A stretch of 58,553 bases of DNA. Origin: Chitinophagaceae bacterium. Lineage in GTDB: Bacteria; Bacteroidota; Bacteroidia; Chitinophagales; Chitinophagaceae. The translations under genes and the position numbers were made by a program. Position 1 is the first letter of the stretch. Each line of letters begins with the position of its first letter. The notes under the pieces are model-generated. The model saw only the letters and a list, made by a program, of their open reading frames with translations, was not told the origin of the DNA and ran no database searches. This document shows positions 9,751-17,817 of the stretch, one piece after another. The stretch lies in assembly GCA_040375635.1 (NCBI GenBank), contig JBEISB010000001.1, forward strand, positions 1 to 58,553. Direction: 5' to 3'.

Positions 9751-10329
9751 TTACTGTAAAAAGCGAAGGGTGGTAACCGTATGTTTTAATCCAGACCATG
9801 GCGACTTGCTGATTTCTTGTATCTGAATGCTTTTACCGACCACGTATAATAATTTATACTCTGTGGTATTCCAGATGCCTGCGTCTCTGCATTCTGCATA
9901 TAGGGTTTGAATCGAATTATCTGCTGTTGTTGCTGTGATGCTCATGTTTGATGTATATTCTTTCGGATCGAGAGCCGTTAAGAGCAAAGTCATCTTAGCC
10001 GTTAGGGTATCATTCATGATATCGATGCGGTAATGCTTATCGAGCTTGTTTTGATAAAGATTCGCTGCATAAAAAGGTTTTTCGAGCGCTGCCCAGTCTA
10101 CTTCTTTTGCTTTGTAATAGACCGAATCTTTTTTCCCATCACGATTCGTGAGCAAAGCAAACGTATAGGGTGCTTGTTGATAGGGCTTCAGGTATTTGCG
10201 AAAAATTACTTTGATATCGGGGTAGTTGGTGATCGAATCACCGTCGTAGGTTTTCGAATGGCAAGCCGATAATAATAGGATCAATACCAAGGAAACCAAA
10301 GAGAGGAAGAAAAGATGTTTATGCTTCAT
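9751..10329 (-). CDS. Hypothetical lipoprotein
   Basis: The internal start MKHKHLFFLSLVSLVLILLLSAC gives a lipoprotein signal with a lipobox Cys. No family recognised. The longer ORF-track start (10383) overlaps the upstream gene. Confidence 0.6.
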   Translation of the reverse strand: MKHKHLFFLSLVSLVLILLLSACHSKTYDGDSITNYPDIKVIFRKYLKPYQQAPYTFALLTNRDGKKDSVYYKAKEVDWAALEKPFYAANLYQNKLDKHYRIDIMNDTLTAKMTLLLTALDPKEYTSNMSITATTADNSIQTLYAECRDAGIWNTTEYKLLYVVGKSIQIQEISKSPWSGLKHTVTTLRFLQ

Positions 10330-10346
10330 GATGAGAATGATTACGA

Positions 10347-10676
10347 TTAGCCTTTTACTTTGTATCGGTCTTGTTGCAGCCATTGCATGACCTTATTTTT
10401 ATAATCGCCTTGTAAGATAATTTGTTTGTCTTTTACGCTGCCACCACAACCACATTTTGTTTTCAGTTTTTTTCCTAAGGCTTCGAGGTCTTCGTCTTTG
10501 CCAATAAATCCGGTAATCAAAGTCACAATTTTTCCGGCTCGATGTTTTGAATCTAGACTCACCCTTAGGTTTTGTTTTTCGGGTTCTAGGGTATCTACTT
10601 CTTCTTCTAGAATGGGCTGCAGGGCACTTGGGTTTGTGGAATATACCAATGAACCGCTAAATTTTTTTTCTTTCAT
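10347..10676 (-). CDS. yciH: SUI1/YciH-like translation initiation factor
   Basis: The 109-aa product starting MKEKKFSG carries the SUI1 core RVSLDSKHRAGKIVTLITGF...LKTKCGCGGSVKD..IILQGD. The ATG at 10676 lies 2 nt after the stop of the upstream kinase gene. The ORF-track N-terminal extension overlaps that gene and was discarded. Confidence 0.85.
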   Translation of the reverse strand: MKEKKFSGSLVYSTNPSALQPILEEEVDTLEPEKQNLRVSLDSKHRAGKIVTLITGFIGKDEDLEALGKKLKTKCGCGGSVKDKQIILQGDYKNKVMQWLQQDRYKVKG

Positions 10677-10678
10677 GA

Positions 10679-11566
10679 TTATAAACTTTGCATGTGATTG
10701 GGTACGCGCAAGCGAAGGGCCGCGGCTTGTACGGTAAATAGACATTGTAAATCGCAGGTTTGGGCATCCCCATCGGTTTGAAAATAATGCAAATTTTTTC
10801 CGCGCACAGTGATAGACTTGGCCCGAACAAACAAACAATTTTTATTCTTGTGTAATCGGTCGTTCCATCCATCCCAAACAAAACGAAATCCATTCCATAC
10901 ATTGATTTTCTTCACCAAAATTAAATCGAGCATACCATCTTGTAAAGTGGCTGTAGGGGCAATTCGAAATCCGTACCCAAATTCGCTTCCATTGGCAACG
11001 TTTAAAAAAAACGCTTTTTGGGTAATGGTTTCACCATCGTATTCGATAGTATACACATCGCTGGTATAACGTAAGTAATGTTGCAATACTTTCGAGATAT
11101 ACATTTTGAGTCCACGTAATTTACTTTCTCGTATGGTATGACATATCCAAGCGTCAAAACCTACTCCGGCATTACTAATAAAATAAACATCATTGACCTT
11201 GCCGATATCAATCGAAAGATCATGCCCCTGAAAAAGACAATCGACAGCCGCTTTCATGTTGAGCGGAATAGAACCATGTCGGGCTAGTCCATTACCCGAG
11301 CCACATGGGATGATGCCTAAGGTGGTTTGCGTGTGCACGATTTCTTGCAGCACTTCGTTGACTGTTCCATCACCTCCCACGGCTACAATCATTTTCTGTT
11401 CGGCTTGTACAGCTTCACGAGCGAGCACGCGGGCATGTCCCCCATATTGCGTGATATGAAAGGGATAATGGCCATCAGGAAAATATCCAGATAATATTTG
11501 TTGCAGTGCGCGAATTTTTTTTTCACCAATACGGGCATTGACAATAAAGTAGGGTAATGTGTTCAT
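10679..11566 (-). CDS. Diacylglycerol/lipid kinase family protein (YegS/BmrU-like)
   Basis: DAGK catalytic-domain motifs VAVGGDGTVNEV and GIIPCGSGNGLARH. 295 aa. Confidence 0.85.
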   Translation of the reverse strand: MNTLPYFIVNARIGEKKIRALQQILSGYFPDGHYPFHITQYGGHARVLAREAVQAEQKMIVAVGGDGTVNEVLQEIVHTQTTLGIIPCGSGNGLARHGSIPLNMKAAVDCLFQGHDLSIDIGKVNDVYFISNAGVGFDAWICHTIRESKLRGLKMYISKVLQHYLRYTSDVYTIEYDGETITQKAFFLNVANGSEFGYGFRIAPTATLQDGMLDLILVKKINVWNGFRFVWDGWNDRLHKNKNCLFVRAKSITVRGKNLHYFQTDGDAQTCDLQCLFTVQAAALRLRVPNHMQSL

Positions 11567-11567
11567 C

Positions 11568-12407
11568 TTAGGATAATACCGCTTTTAAACTTAAATCAAA
11601 ACTTACGGCATGATGAATGACAGCGCCCACCGAAATAAAATCAACCCCAGTGGCTGCATACGATTCTATCGTATCGAGACTAATACCACCACTAGCTTCT
11701 GTTTCTACTTTTCCGTCTGTGATGAGTAAGGCTTGGCGAATCATGTCGGGTGTAAAATTATCGAACATAATACGCTCTATGCCTCCACAGCGCATCACAG
11801 CTTCTACATCGGCAAGCGTGCGGGTTTCAATTTCAATTTTTAAATCAAGTTGTTTTTCTTTCAAGTACGATTTTGTTTTAGCAATCGCTGTTTCAATGCC
11901 ACCGGCAAAGTCGATATGATTATCTTTCAGCATGATCATATCATACAATCCAAATCGATGATTATAACCGCCGCCAATCAGCACCGCTTGTTTTTCGAAC
12001 CAGCGAAAGTTAGGGGTTGTTTTACGGGTATCTAAAATTTTCGTTTTATAGTCTGCTATCTTATGTACATAGCGCTGGGTAAGGGTAGCAATACCACTCA
12101 TTCTTTGCATGATGTTAAGTACCAGACGTTCGGCTTTTAATAAGGTGCGCACGGTAGCATACACAGTAAAGGCTGTCTCGCCCTGTTGAACCTGCATACC
12201 ATCGTGCTTGCTGATTTCTAGGATAGCTCCTGGTTCGATATACTCAAAAATACGTTTGGCAATATCAACGCCGGCTAGGATACCGTCTTCTTTGATTTTT
12301 AATATAGCCTGTCCCTTTGCTTCTGCCGGAATACAAGCCAAGGTAGAATGGTCTCCATCACGAATATCTTCATCAAGCGCTTGTTGTATAAAATCTTCAA
12401 AATTCAT
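11568..12407 (-). CDS. nadC: Nicotinate-nucleotide pyrophosphorylase (carboxylating)
   Basis: Typical NadC layout at 279 aa: ALDEDIRDGDHST near the N-terminus, ILDTRKTTP, GGGYNHRFGLYD, and LDNF...EASGGI near the C-terminus. Confidence 0.92.
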   Translation of the reverse strand: MNFEDFIQQALDEDIRDGDHSTLACIPAEAKGQAILKIKEDGILAGVDIAKRIFEYIEPGAILEISKHDGMQVQQGETAFTVYATVRTLLKAERLVLNIMQRMSGIATLTQRYVHKIADYKTKILDTRKTTPNFRWFEKQAVLIGGGYNHRFGLYDMIMLKDNHIDFAGGIETAIAKTKSYLKEKQLDLKIEIETRTLADVEAVMRCGGIERIMFDNFTPDMIRQALLITDGKVETEASGGISLDTIESYAATGVDFISVGAVIHHAVSFDLSLKAVLS

Positions 12408-12505
12408 GTGTCAAAATTAAGCCGACTGCATTCATATCAAAATATGATTCTGTGAGCGCATGATATTGTGAGCTAAGCTCGGTATTTCGACTTGGCAGAA
12501 TGACT

Positions 12506-12513
12506 TACTTTTG
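12506..12513 (+). promoter_or_regulatory. Bacteroidota-type -7 promoter box (TAnnTTTG) for gpmI
   Basis: Exact match TACTTTTG ending 5 nt before the gpmI ATG at 12519. Confidence 0.45.
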
Positions 12514-12518
12514 CATTT

Positions 12519-14048
12519 ATGTCAACAAAATGCTTACTTCTCATTATGGATGGCTGGGGTCATGGTCGTGTACCCCAAGCAGATGCCATACAACATGCGC
12601 ATATTCCTTATGTTCGTTCACTCTATCCTCAATATCCCCATACAGAGCTGATTACCTGCGGCACGGCGGTGGGCTTGCCGGAAGGACAGATGGGCAATAG
12701 CGAAGTAGGGCATTTGAATTTAGGCGCCGGACGAATTGTGTACCAGGAGTTGCAACGGATTAATAAGGCGATTGAAGACGGCGAACTGTCGCAAAATTCT
12801 GTATTTACAGGCATGATTCAATATTGCAAAGAGAATCAAAAACCCTTGCATCTGATGGGACTCGTGAGTGATGGTGGCGTACATTCTCATATCAATCACC
12901 TACTATCAATTTGTACGCTTTGCGAAGAGGCCGGTTTGAAGGAGGTCTATATCCATGTCTTTACCGATGGTCGTGATACAGATCCTAAAAGTGGATACGA
13001 ATTTGTGCATCGTTTACAACAAGGTATTGCGCATACCTCGGCAAAAATTGGGAGTGTATGTGGTCGATATTATGCCATGGACAGAGATAAGCGCTGGGAA
13101 CGAGTAAAGCTGGCCTATGATGCTCTTACCCAGGGAATAGGTACCTATACCCATGATGTATTGCAAAGTATAGAAGCCTCTTACGAAGCGGGTGTTACTG
13201 ACGAATTTATTAAACCCTTGATAGTTGTTGACGAAGTACAGAACCCTATAGCCACTATGCAAGAGGGTGATGCTGTATTTTGTTTCAATTTCAGAACCGA
13301 TAGATGTCGTGAGATTACTGAGGTCTTAACCCAACAAGCTTTTCCCGAGCAGCACATGCAGCCCTTGTTATTGCATTATGTAACCATGACCGAGTACGAT
13401 AAACGTTTTCAGCGAGTGGGGGTTATTTTTAGCAACGATGATGTACGGAATACCTTAGGGGAGGTATTAGAAAAAAATGGAAAAACACAAATACGCATTG
13501 CCGAAACCGAAAAATATCCCCATGTTACTTTTTTCTTTAGTGGTGGGCGCGAAAAAGAATTTGTTGGCGAACGAAGAATCATGTGTCCATCCCCAAAAGA
13601 GGTAGCAACCTACGACCTAAAGCCCGAAATGAGTGCCCAAGATATTACCGCCGCCATTTTACCCGAAATAGAAAAACAAAGCGCCGACTTTATTTGTTTG
13701 AATTTTGCCAATGCTGATATGGTGGGCCATACAGGGGTATGGAACGCTGTGCTTCGCGCTGTAGAAACCGTAGACGAATGTGTATCTAAAATTGTACCCA
13801 TGGCATTAGCGAATGGGTATACTATTTTTCTAACAGCCGATCATGGCAATAGTGATTATATGATTAATGAAGATGGAACACCGAATACGGCGCATACCCT
13901 CAATCCGGTACCACTCTTTATTATTTCGAATCATTTTCAGGGCACAGTGCGTCCCGGTAAATTAGGGGATGTGGCACCAACCATTTTACACTTTATGGGT
14001 ATTAGCATTCCGGCAGAGATGACAGGCAATGTGTTGGTAGAAGGATAG
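12519..14048 (+). CDS. gpmI: 2,3-bisphosphoglycerate-independent phosphoglycerate mutase
   Basis: LLIMDGWG start, NSEVGHLNLGAGR (catalytic Ser region), SDGGVHSH and ADHGN motifs. 509 aa. Confidence 0.95.
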   Translation: MSTKCLLLIMDGWGHGRVPQADAIQHAHIPYVRSLYPQYPHTELITCGTAVGLPEGQMGNSEVGHLNLGAGRIVYQELQRINKAIEDGELSQNSVFTGMIQYCKENQKPLHLMGLVSDGGVHSHINHLLSICTLCEEAGLKEVYIHVFTDGRDTDPKSGYEFVHRLQQGIAHTSAKIGSVCGRYYAMDRDKRWERVKLAYDALTQGIGTYTHDVLQSIEASYEAGVTDEFIKPLIVVDEVQNPIATMQEGDAVFCFNFRTDRCREITEVLTQQAFPEQHMQPLLLHYVTMTEYDKRFQRVGVIFSNDDVRNTLGEVLEKNGKTQIRIAETEKYPHVTFFFSGGREKEFVGERRIMCPSPKEVATYDLKPEMSAQDITAAILPEIEKQSADFICLNFANADMVGHTGVWNAVLRAVETVDECVSKIVPMALANGYTIFLTADHGNSDYMINEDGTPNTAHTLNPVPLFIISNHFQGTVRPGKLGDVAPTILHFMGISIPAEMTGNVLVEG

Positions 14049-14066
14049 TTCTGGATATCAATACCA

Positions 14067-15944
14067 TCAACGCTTTTTCACATCCTCATACACGCCTTGC
14101 TGAAAACTAAAGGCCTTCTGAAAATACCTTTGCCTAAGTAAGGTATCCGATGTATTGCTGTTAATCCGATTGGGTTGCGCTATATAGGCAGAGGCATAGG
14201 TGGTATCGTGCAAGTAACCGGCCCCTCCAAAAAAAACATAGTAAGCCGATGATGGTGTGTTAGGATTAAATAGGTTGCGCGATAGCGGATAACGATTCGC
14301 TGCTAACCCCATTTGTGTCAATAAGGTATGCGCTATATCGAGTTGAGAAACTACCTTATCCCAGCGTTTTCCCTGCCATTCTTTTTTCAGCGCACCCCCT
14401 ACTAACAAAAATGGGATATGACTATGCATAGGGGTATATGGGTTCCACTGTTTGTGGGTATTATGACTATGATCGGCTACCACAACAAACAAAGTATTAG
14501 CGTACCATGCTTGTTGCTTGGCCCGATTAAAAAAGGCACCTAACTGACGATCTGCATAATGAACCGATTCGGTGTATGGCTTTTCAGGATCTGTATCTGT
14601 AGAATGCCATTGATCGACCGGCGTATAATCGTAAGGCATATGCGTACTCATCGTAAAAAATCCTTGTAAAAAAGGAGGCTTTTTGGTCGATATCGTTTTT
14701 AATAACTCAGGAAACATAAACTCATCATGGATACCTAAGCGACCCTTAGGATATTGCGGAAAATGATTTTGTTCGAGAATCTCTCCAAATTTCTTTTCGA
14801 GTAAATAACCCCTGATGTTTCCGTAGACCAAATCGCCACCAAATAAAAAGGAACTGCTGTATCCAACTCGTGCTAAGTCTTCGCTGATACATGGAATCGA
14901 ATGTACCTTAGCGGGTTGATTGATTACAGCCATGCGTGAGGCAGAGGGGTAAGCACTTAAAACAGCAGGAATCCCTTGGTCAGAAACATAAGCGTTGGCA
15001 TAGGCACGGGTAAATAAAATGCCTTCGCGACTTAACGAATCAAAGTGAGGCGTACAATCGGCAATGCCCCCTAAACATCCTACATTGTCGACACTCCAAC
15101 TTTCTAAAAAGATAAACACCAAATTAGGTCGCTGGGTCTGTAAGATAGAAAGGGATGAGTCTTCTGTCGTAGTAAAATCGTCGGCAATATTCTGCTGGGC
15201 TTCGCGGCTGCTAAAAAAAGTATAGGTGCTACTTTCGGGAATATTGTTTTTGATGGTGGCATCTTGCAACAAATTGTAGAGGGGGTTAACCGCAATATCA
15301 TTGGCTAATACATCAGGACTAAAATACGCGGCACTCTGATTGATAGGAATATTCGTTATGCCTCCGCGAATTAATATCACAGCTATCGGAATCGAAAGAA
15401 TAAAATAGATACCGGCTAACGACATTCTTTTTTGTCGAGAAATCTGTTCATTGCTATCAATACGAGGATGAATATATCGTTTGTATAAGGTAAAAAAAGG
15501 AAAGGAGAATAAGGATAAAAACAACACAAACAGAAACAATAAACGTGGCGATAAAGTTTTAAATACCTCCGAAGGATTTTTAAAATGATCGAGGGCTTGC
15601 ATATTGATTTTTGCATTCCATTCGCGGTACAAGCCGGCGTCGGCTACAGCGGCTGCCGCATACAATAGCAATAAACACAAAACCAAACGTTGTGTCCAGG
15701 TGCGTATTTTATCTTGTGGAAACGTGTAATACAAAAGCGACAAAATCATGGGGAGTCCAAGCAAGATAACTGCCGTAGCAATATCTAGTTGATAGCCTGC
15801 CCAAAACGAATGTAGGATATCGTGACTATGGGCAATGCGCTGTCCGATAGGCCATTGATAGGCAACAAAAAAAACGCGCAAGCAGAAAAATATAGTCAGC
15901 CAGAAAAGAAATAATTGAAAGGTATACGCCAGTATTTTTTTCAT
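14067..15944 (-). CDS. LTA synthase / sulfatase-family membrane protein (phosphoglycerol- or phosphoethanolamine-transferase-like)
   Basis: About five N-terminal TM helices are followed by a sulfatase-type domain (NLVFIFLESWS metal-site region, VVVADHSH). 625 aa. Confidence 0.75.
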   Translation of the reverse strand: MKKILAYTFQLFLFWLTIFFCLRVFFVAYQWPIGQRIAHSHDILHSFWAGYQLDIATAVILLGLPMILSLLYYTFPQDKIRTWTQRLVLCLLLLYAAAAVADAGLYREWNAKINMQALDHFKNPSEVFKTLSPRLLFLFVLFLSLFSFPFFTLYKRYIHPRIDSNEQISRQKRMSLAGIYFILSIPIAVILIRGGITNIPINQSAAYFSPDVLANDIAVNPLYNLLQDATIKNNIPESSTYTFFSSREAQQNIADDFTTTEDSSLSILQTQRPNLVFIFLESWSVDNVGCLGGIADCTPHFDSLSREGILFTRAYANAYVSDQGIPAVLSAYPSASRMAVINQPAKVHSIPCISEDLARVGYSSSFLFGGDLVYGNIRGYLLEKKFGEILEQNHFPQYPKGRLGIHDEFMFPELLKTISTKKPPFLQGFFTMSTHMPYDYTPVDQWHSTDTDPEKPYTESVHYADRQLGAFFNRAKQQAWYANTLFVVVADHSHNTHKQWNPYTPMHSHIPFLLVGGALKKEWQGKRWDKVVSQLDIAHTLLTQMGLAANRYPLSRNLFNPNTPSSAYYVFFGGAGYLHDTTYASAYIAQPNRINSNTSDTLLRQRYFQKAFSFQQGVYEDVKKR

Positions 15945-15958
15945 GAAAAGATTCGAGC

Positions 15959-17113
15959 TTAACCCAACATAGGGTGACGGTTAAAGGGTTTATTGCGATC
16001 GAACAGATATCGATAAGTACTCAAACGTCGCACTTCAGCGGCTTCAAGATTATTTGCCAGATTCACCATCTTCGGATTAAAATCGCCTATCCATTGCATT
16101 TCATATTTTTGATAAGGTTTGCCAGGCGATACATGTTTCGAGCACTCAACAATCATATAGGCATCGGTACCTTTGCCTTGCCATTCGGGCACAACCCCAT
16201 ACACAATGCCCACAAAGCGATTGCATGCACCGCTCAGTTTCAGATAGAGGAAATGTAATTTTTGCAGCCATCCAAACTTGCCTCGGAAATGTTTAAAGTA
16301 CTGATTGAGGTCGGGAATATTAACCCACATAGCAATGGGTTCATTTTTATGATAAACAAACCATGCAATTTTTTCGTCGATCACCGGTTTCATTTTCGCG
16401 AAAATAAGTTTGGCCTGTTTGAGCTCTATGGTTTTGCCACCCCCGTGTTTGGCCCAGGCTTTATTATAGATGATCGAAAAGTCGGCAGCATATTTTTCGA
16501 TATTATTTTTCTCGATATGGTTAACCGAAAAATCGGGATGAGCTGCATAATGCTGATACCACTTCCAAAGCTTGTCGCTAAGGGGTTTACCTACATCCAT
16601 ACCAAAACACAATTGGTTAAAGTATACCTGAAAGCCATAGGATTCGAATAAGGTTTGATAGTAGGGTGGATTATAGTTCATGCAATACAAAGGCTCTTCA
16701 AATCCATTCACGAGTAAGCCCCACCAGCGATCGCGTTCGCCAAAATTTATCGGGCCATCCATTGCCTCCATACCTCGAGATTGCAACCAATCTTTAGCCG
16801 CATCGAATAAAAAATTAGCGGCCTGCTGATCATTCACACATTCAAAAAAGCCTATACCTCCCGTGGGTTGTTCTTGAGCATATTTTTTATTGATGAAGAC
16901 AGCCAATCGTGCGATGTATTTACCCTCATCGTTTTGTAGTAGCCAGCGTTCGCATTCGCCATGTCTAAAAAACTTATTCTTCTCCGGCTCAAAAATGTCT
17001 TCGATATCTTTATTCAGCGGACGAATATAGTTAGGGTCGTTTGCGTAAATACCGAGTGGTATTTCGAGGAAGTCTTTGGCTTCTTGGGCCGTATGTACAA
17101 CTACAATGTGCAT
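15959..17113 (-). CDS. Conserved hypothetical protein, possibly GNAT-like acyltransferase fold
   Basis: Uninterrupted 384-aa ORF lying 14 nt upstream of the LTA-synthase-family gene on the same strand. The family call comes from general sequence character only and is weak. Confidence 0.4.
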   Translation of the reverse strand: MHIVVVHTAQEAKDFLEIPLGIYANDPNYIRPLNKDIEDIFEPEKNKFFRHGECERWLLQNDEGKYIARLAVFINKKYAQEQPTGGIGFFECVNDQQAANFLFDAAKDWLQSRGMEAMDGPINFGERDRWWGLLVNGFEEPLYCMNYNPPYYQTLFESYGFQVYFNQLCFGMDVGKPLSDKLWKWYQHYAAHPDFSVNHIEKNNIEKYAADFSIIYNKAWAKHGGGKTIELKQAKLIFAKMKPVIDEKIAWFVYHKNEPIAMWVNIPDLNQYFKHFRGKFGWLQKLHFLYLKLSGACNRFVGIVYGVVPEWQGKGTDAYMIVECSKHVSPGKPYQKYEMQWIGDFNPKMVNLANNLEAAEVRRLSTYRYLFDRNKPFNRHPMLG

Positions 17114-17193
17114 GAGACCGCAAAGATAGACCGAAATAGGTATGCAAAAGGGAATCTGAGTCGCAAACTGAATTTCGATTATCTTTGGCGCTC

Positions 17194-17694
17194 ATGTTTT
17201 CTGCGCGTCAAATACTAGCTATCCTTTTCATGGCCGTCTTGGTGGGTTTGCAAGGTATTGGCATATGGATGAGCGAACGGATCGACAATCATCAGCATCA
17301 GCAACATCAACAGGCAGCGCAGCATAAACTGATACAAGTACATTATCATCTCACAGCATCTCAAACAATGCTTTGGCAGGGTTCTCATGAAGTAATCATC
17401 GACGGTAAACTTTTTGATGTGGTGTCGATGGAGAAAGACGAAGATGGATTAACCTTACAAGGGTTTTATGATCATGAAGAAGATCATATGAGGGCGGTTT
17501 ATCAGGGCAATCAAAAAAAATCGGGTTATTCGGGACAGATGAATCCATTTTTTGTGCCCTTGTTTTTTGAAGAATTACCAGGCTATGCTTTTTCGGGTTA
17601 TGTTACAGCGAGAATATTATTTACTGTGCATAATGAACAGGGAGTATCCGTGGTACTTTCTGCAACGGCTCCTCCGCCCAAGTCGTTTATATAA
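17194..17694 (+). CDS. Hypothetical membrane-anchored His/Gln-rich protein
   Basis: N-terminal TM helix (ILAILFMAVLVGLQGIGIWM), then DNHQHQQHQQAAQHKLIQVHYH (6 His in 21 aa) and a later YDHEEDHM cluster. It sits directly upstream of a TonB-dependent receptor gene. Confidence 0.55.
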   Translation: MFSARQILAILFMAVLVGLQGIGIWMSERIDNHQHQQHQQAAQHKLIQVHYHLTASQTMLWQGSHEVIIDGKLFDVVSMEKDEDGLTLQGFYDHEEDHMRAVYQGNQKKSGYSGQMNPFFVPLFFEELPGYAFSGYVTARILFTVHNEQGVSVVLSATAPPPKSFI

Positions 17695-17726
17695 TTCCGG
17701 TATTTTATAAGACCCTTGGCGGTCAG

Positions 17727-17800
17727 TATTCGGCAATGCCGGTATGTGATGATGTCTATTCCTTTACATCATCAGCCGAATGCTTGTCTTTTTTATTTAT
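17727..17800 (+). terminator. Compound stem-loop plus T-run (terminator or attenuator) in the spacer before the TonB-dependent receptor gene
   Basis: Inner 9-bp stem tgatgatgt / acatcatca (17747-55 / 17766-74). It is nested in an outer stem attcggc / gccgaat (17728-34 / 17775-81). A competing local hairpin cggc-aat-gccg is possible. The T-run cttgtctttttt follows. Confidence 0.45.
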
Positions 17801-17817
17801 CTAATAAAATAAACATC

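Noticed and set aside
10347-10902. N-terminally extended versions of the SUI1-like ORF (163 aa) and the overlapping 81-aa ORF at 10657-10902
   Set aside because: Both extensions run through the 3' end of the lipid kinase gene in another frame. The conserved SUI1 core starts at the ATG at 10676, directly after the kinase stop.
17695-17817. Cobalamin or TPP riboswitch upstream of the TonB-dependent receptor, and likewise upstream of metH at 44142-44243
   Set aside because: The spacers are too short (123 nt and ~100 nt). I found no B12 box (GCCACTG-like) and no TPP core (CTGAGA...ACCTGA) on the relevant strands.
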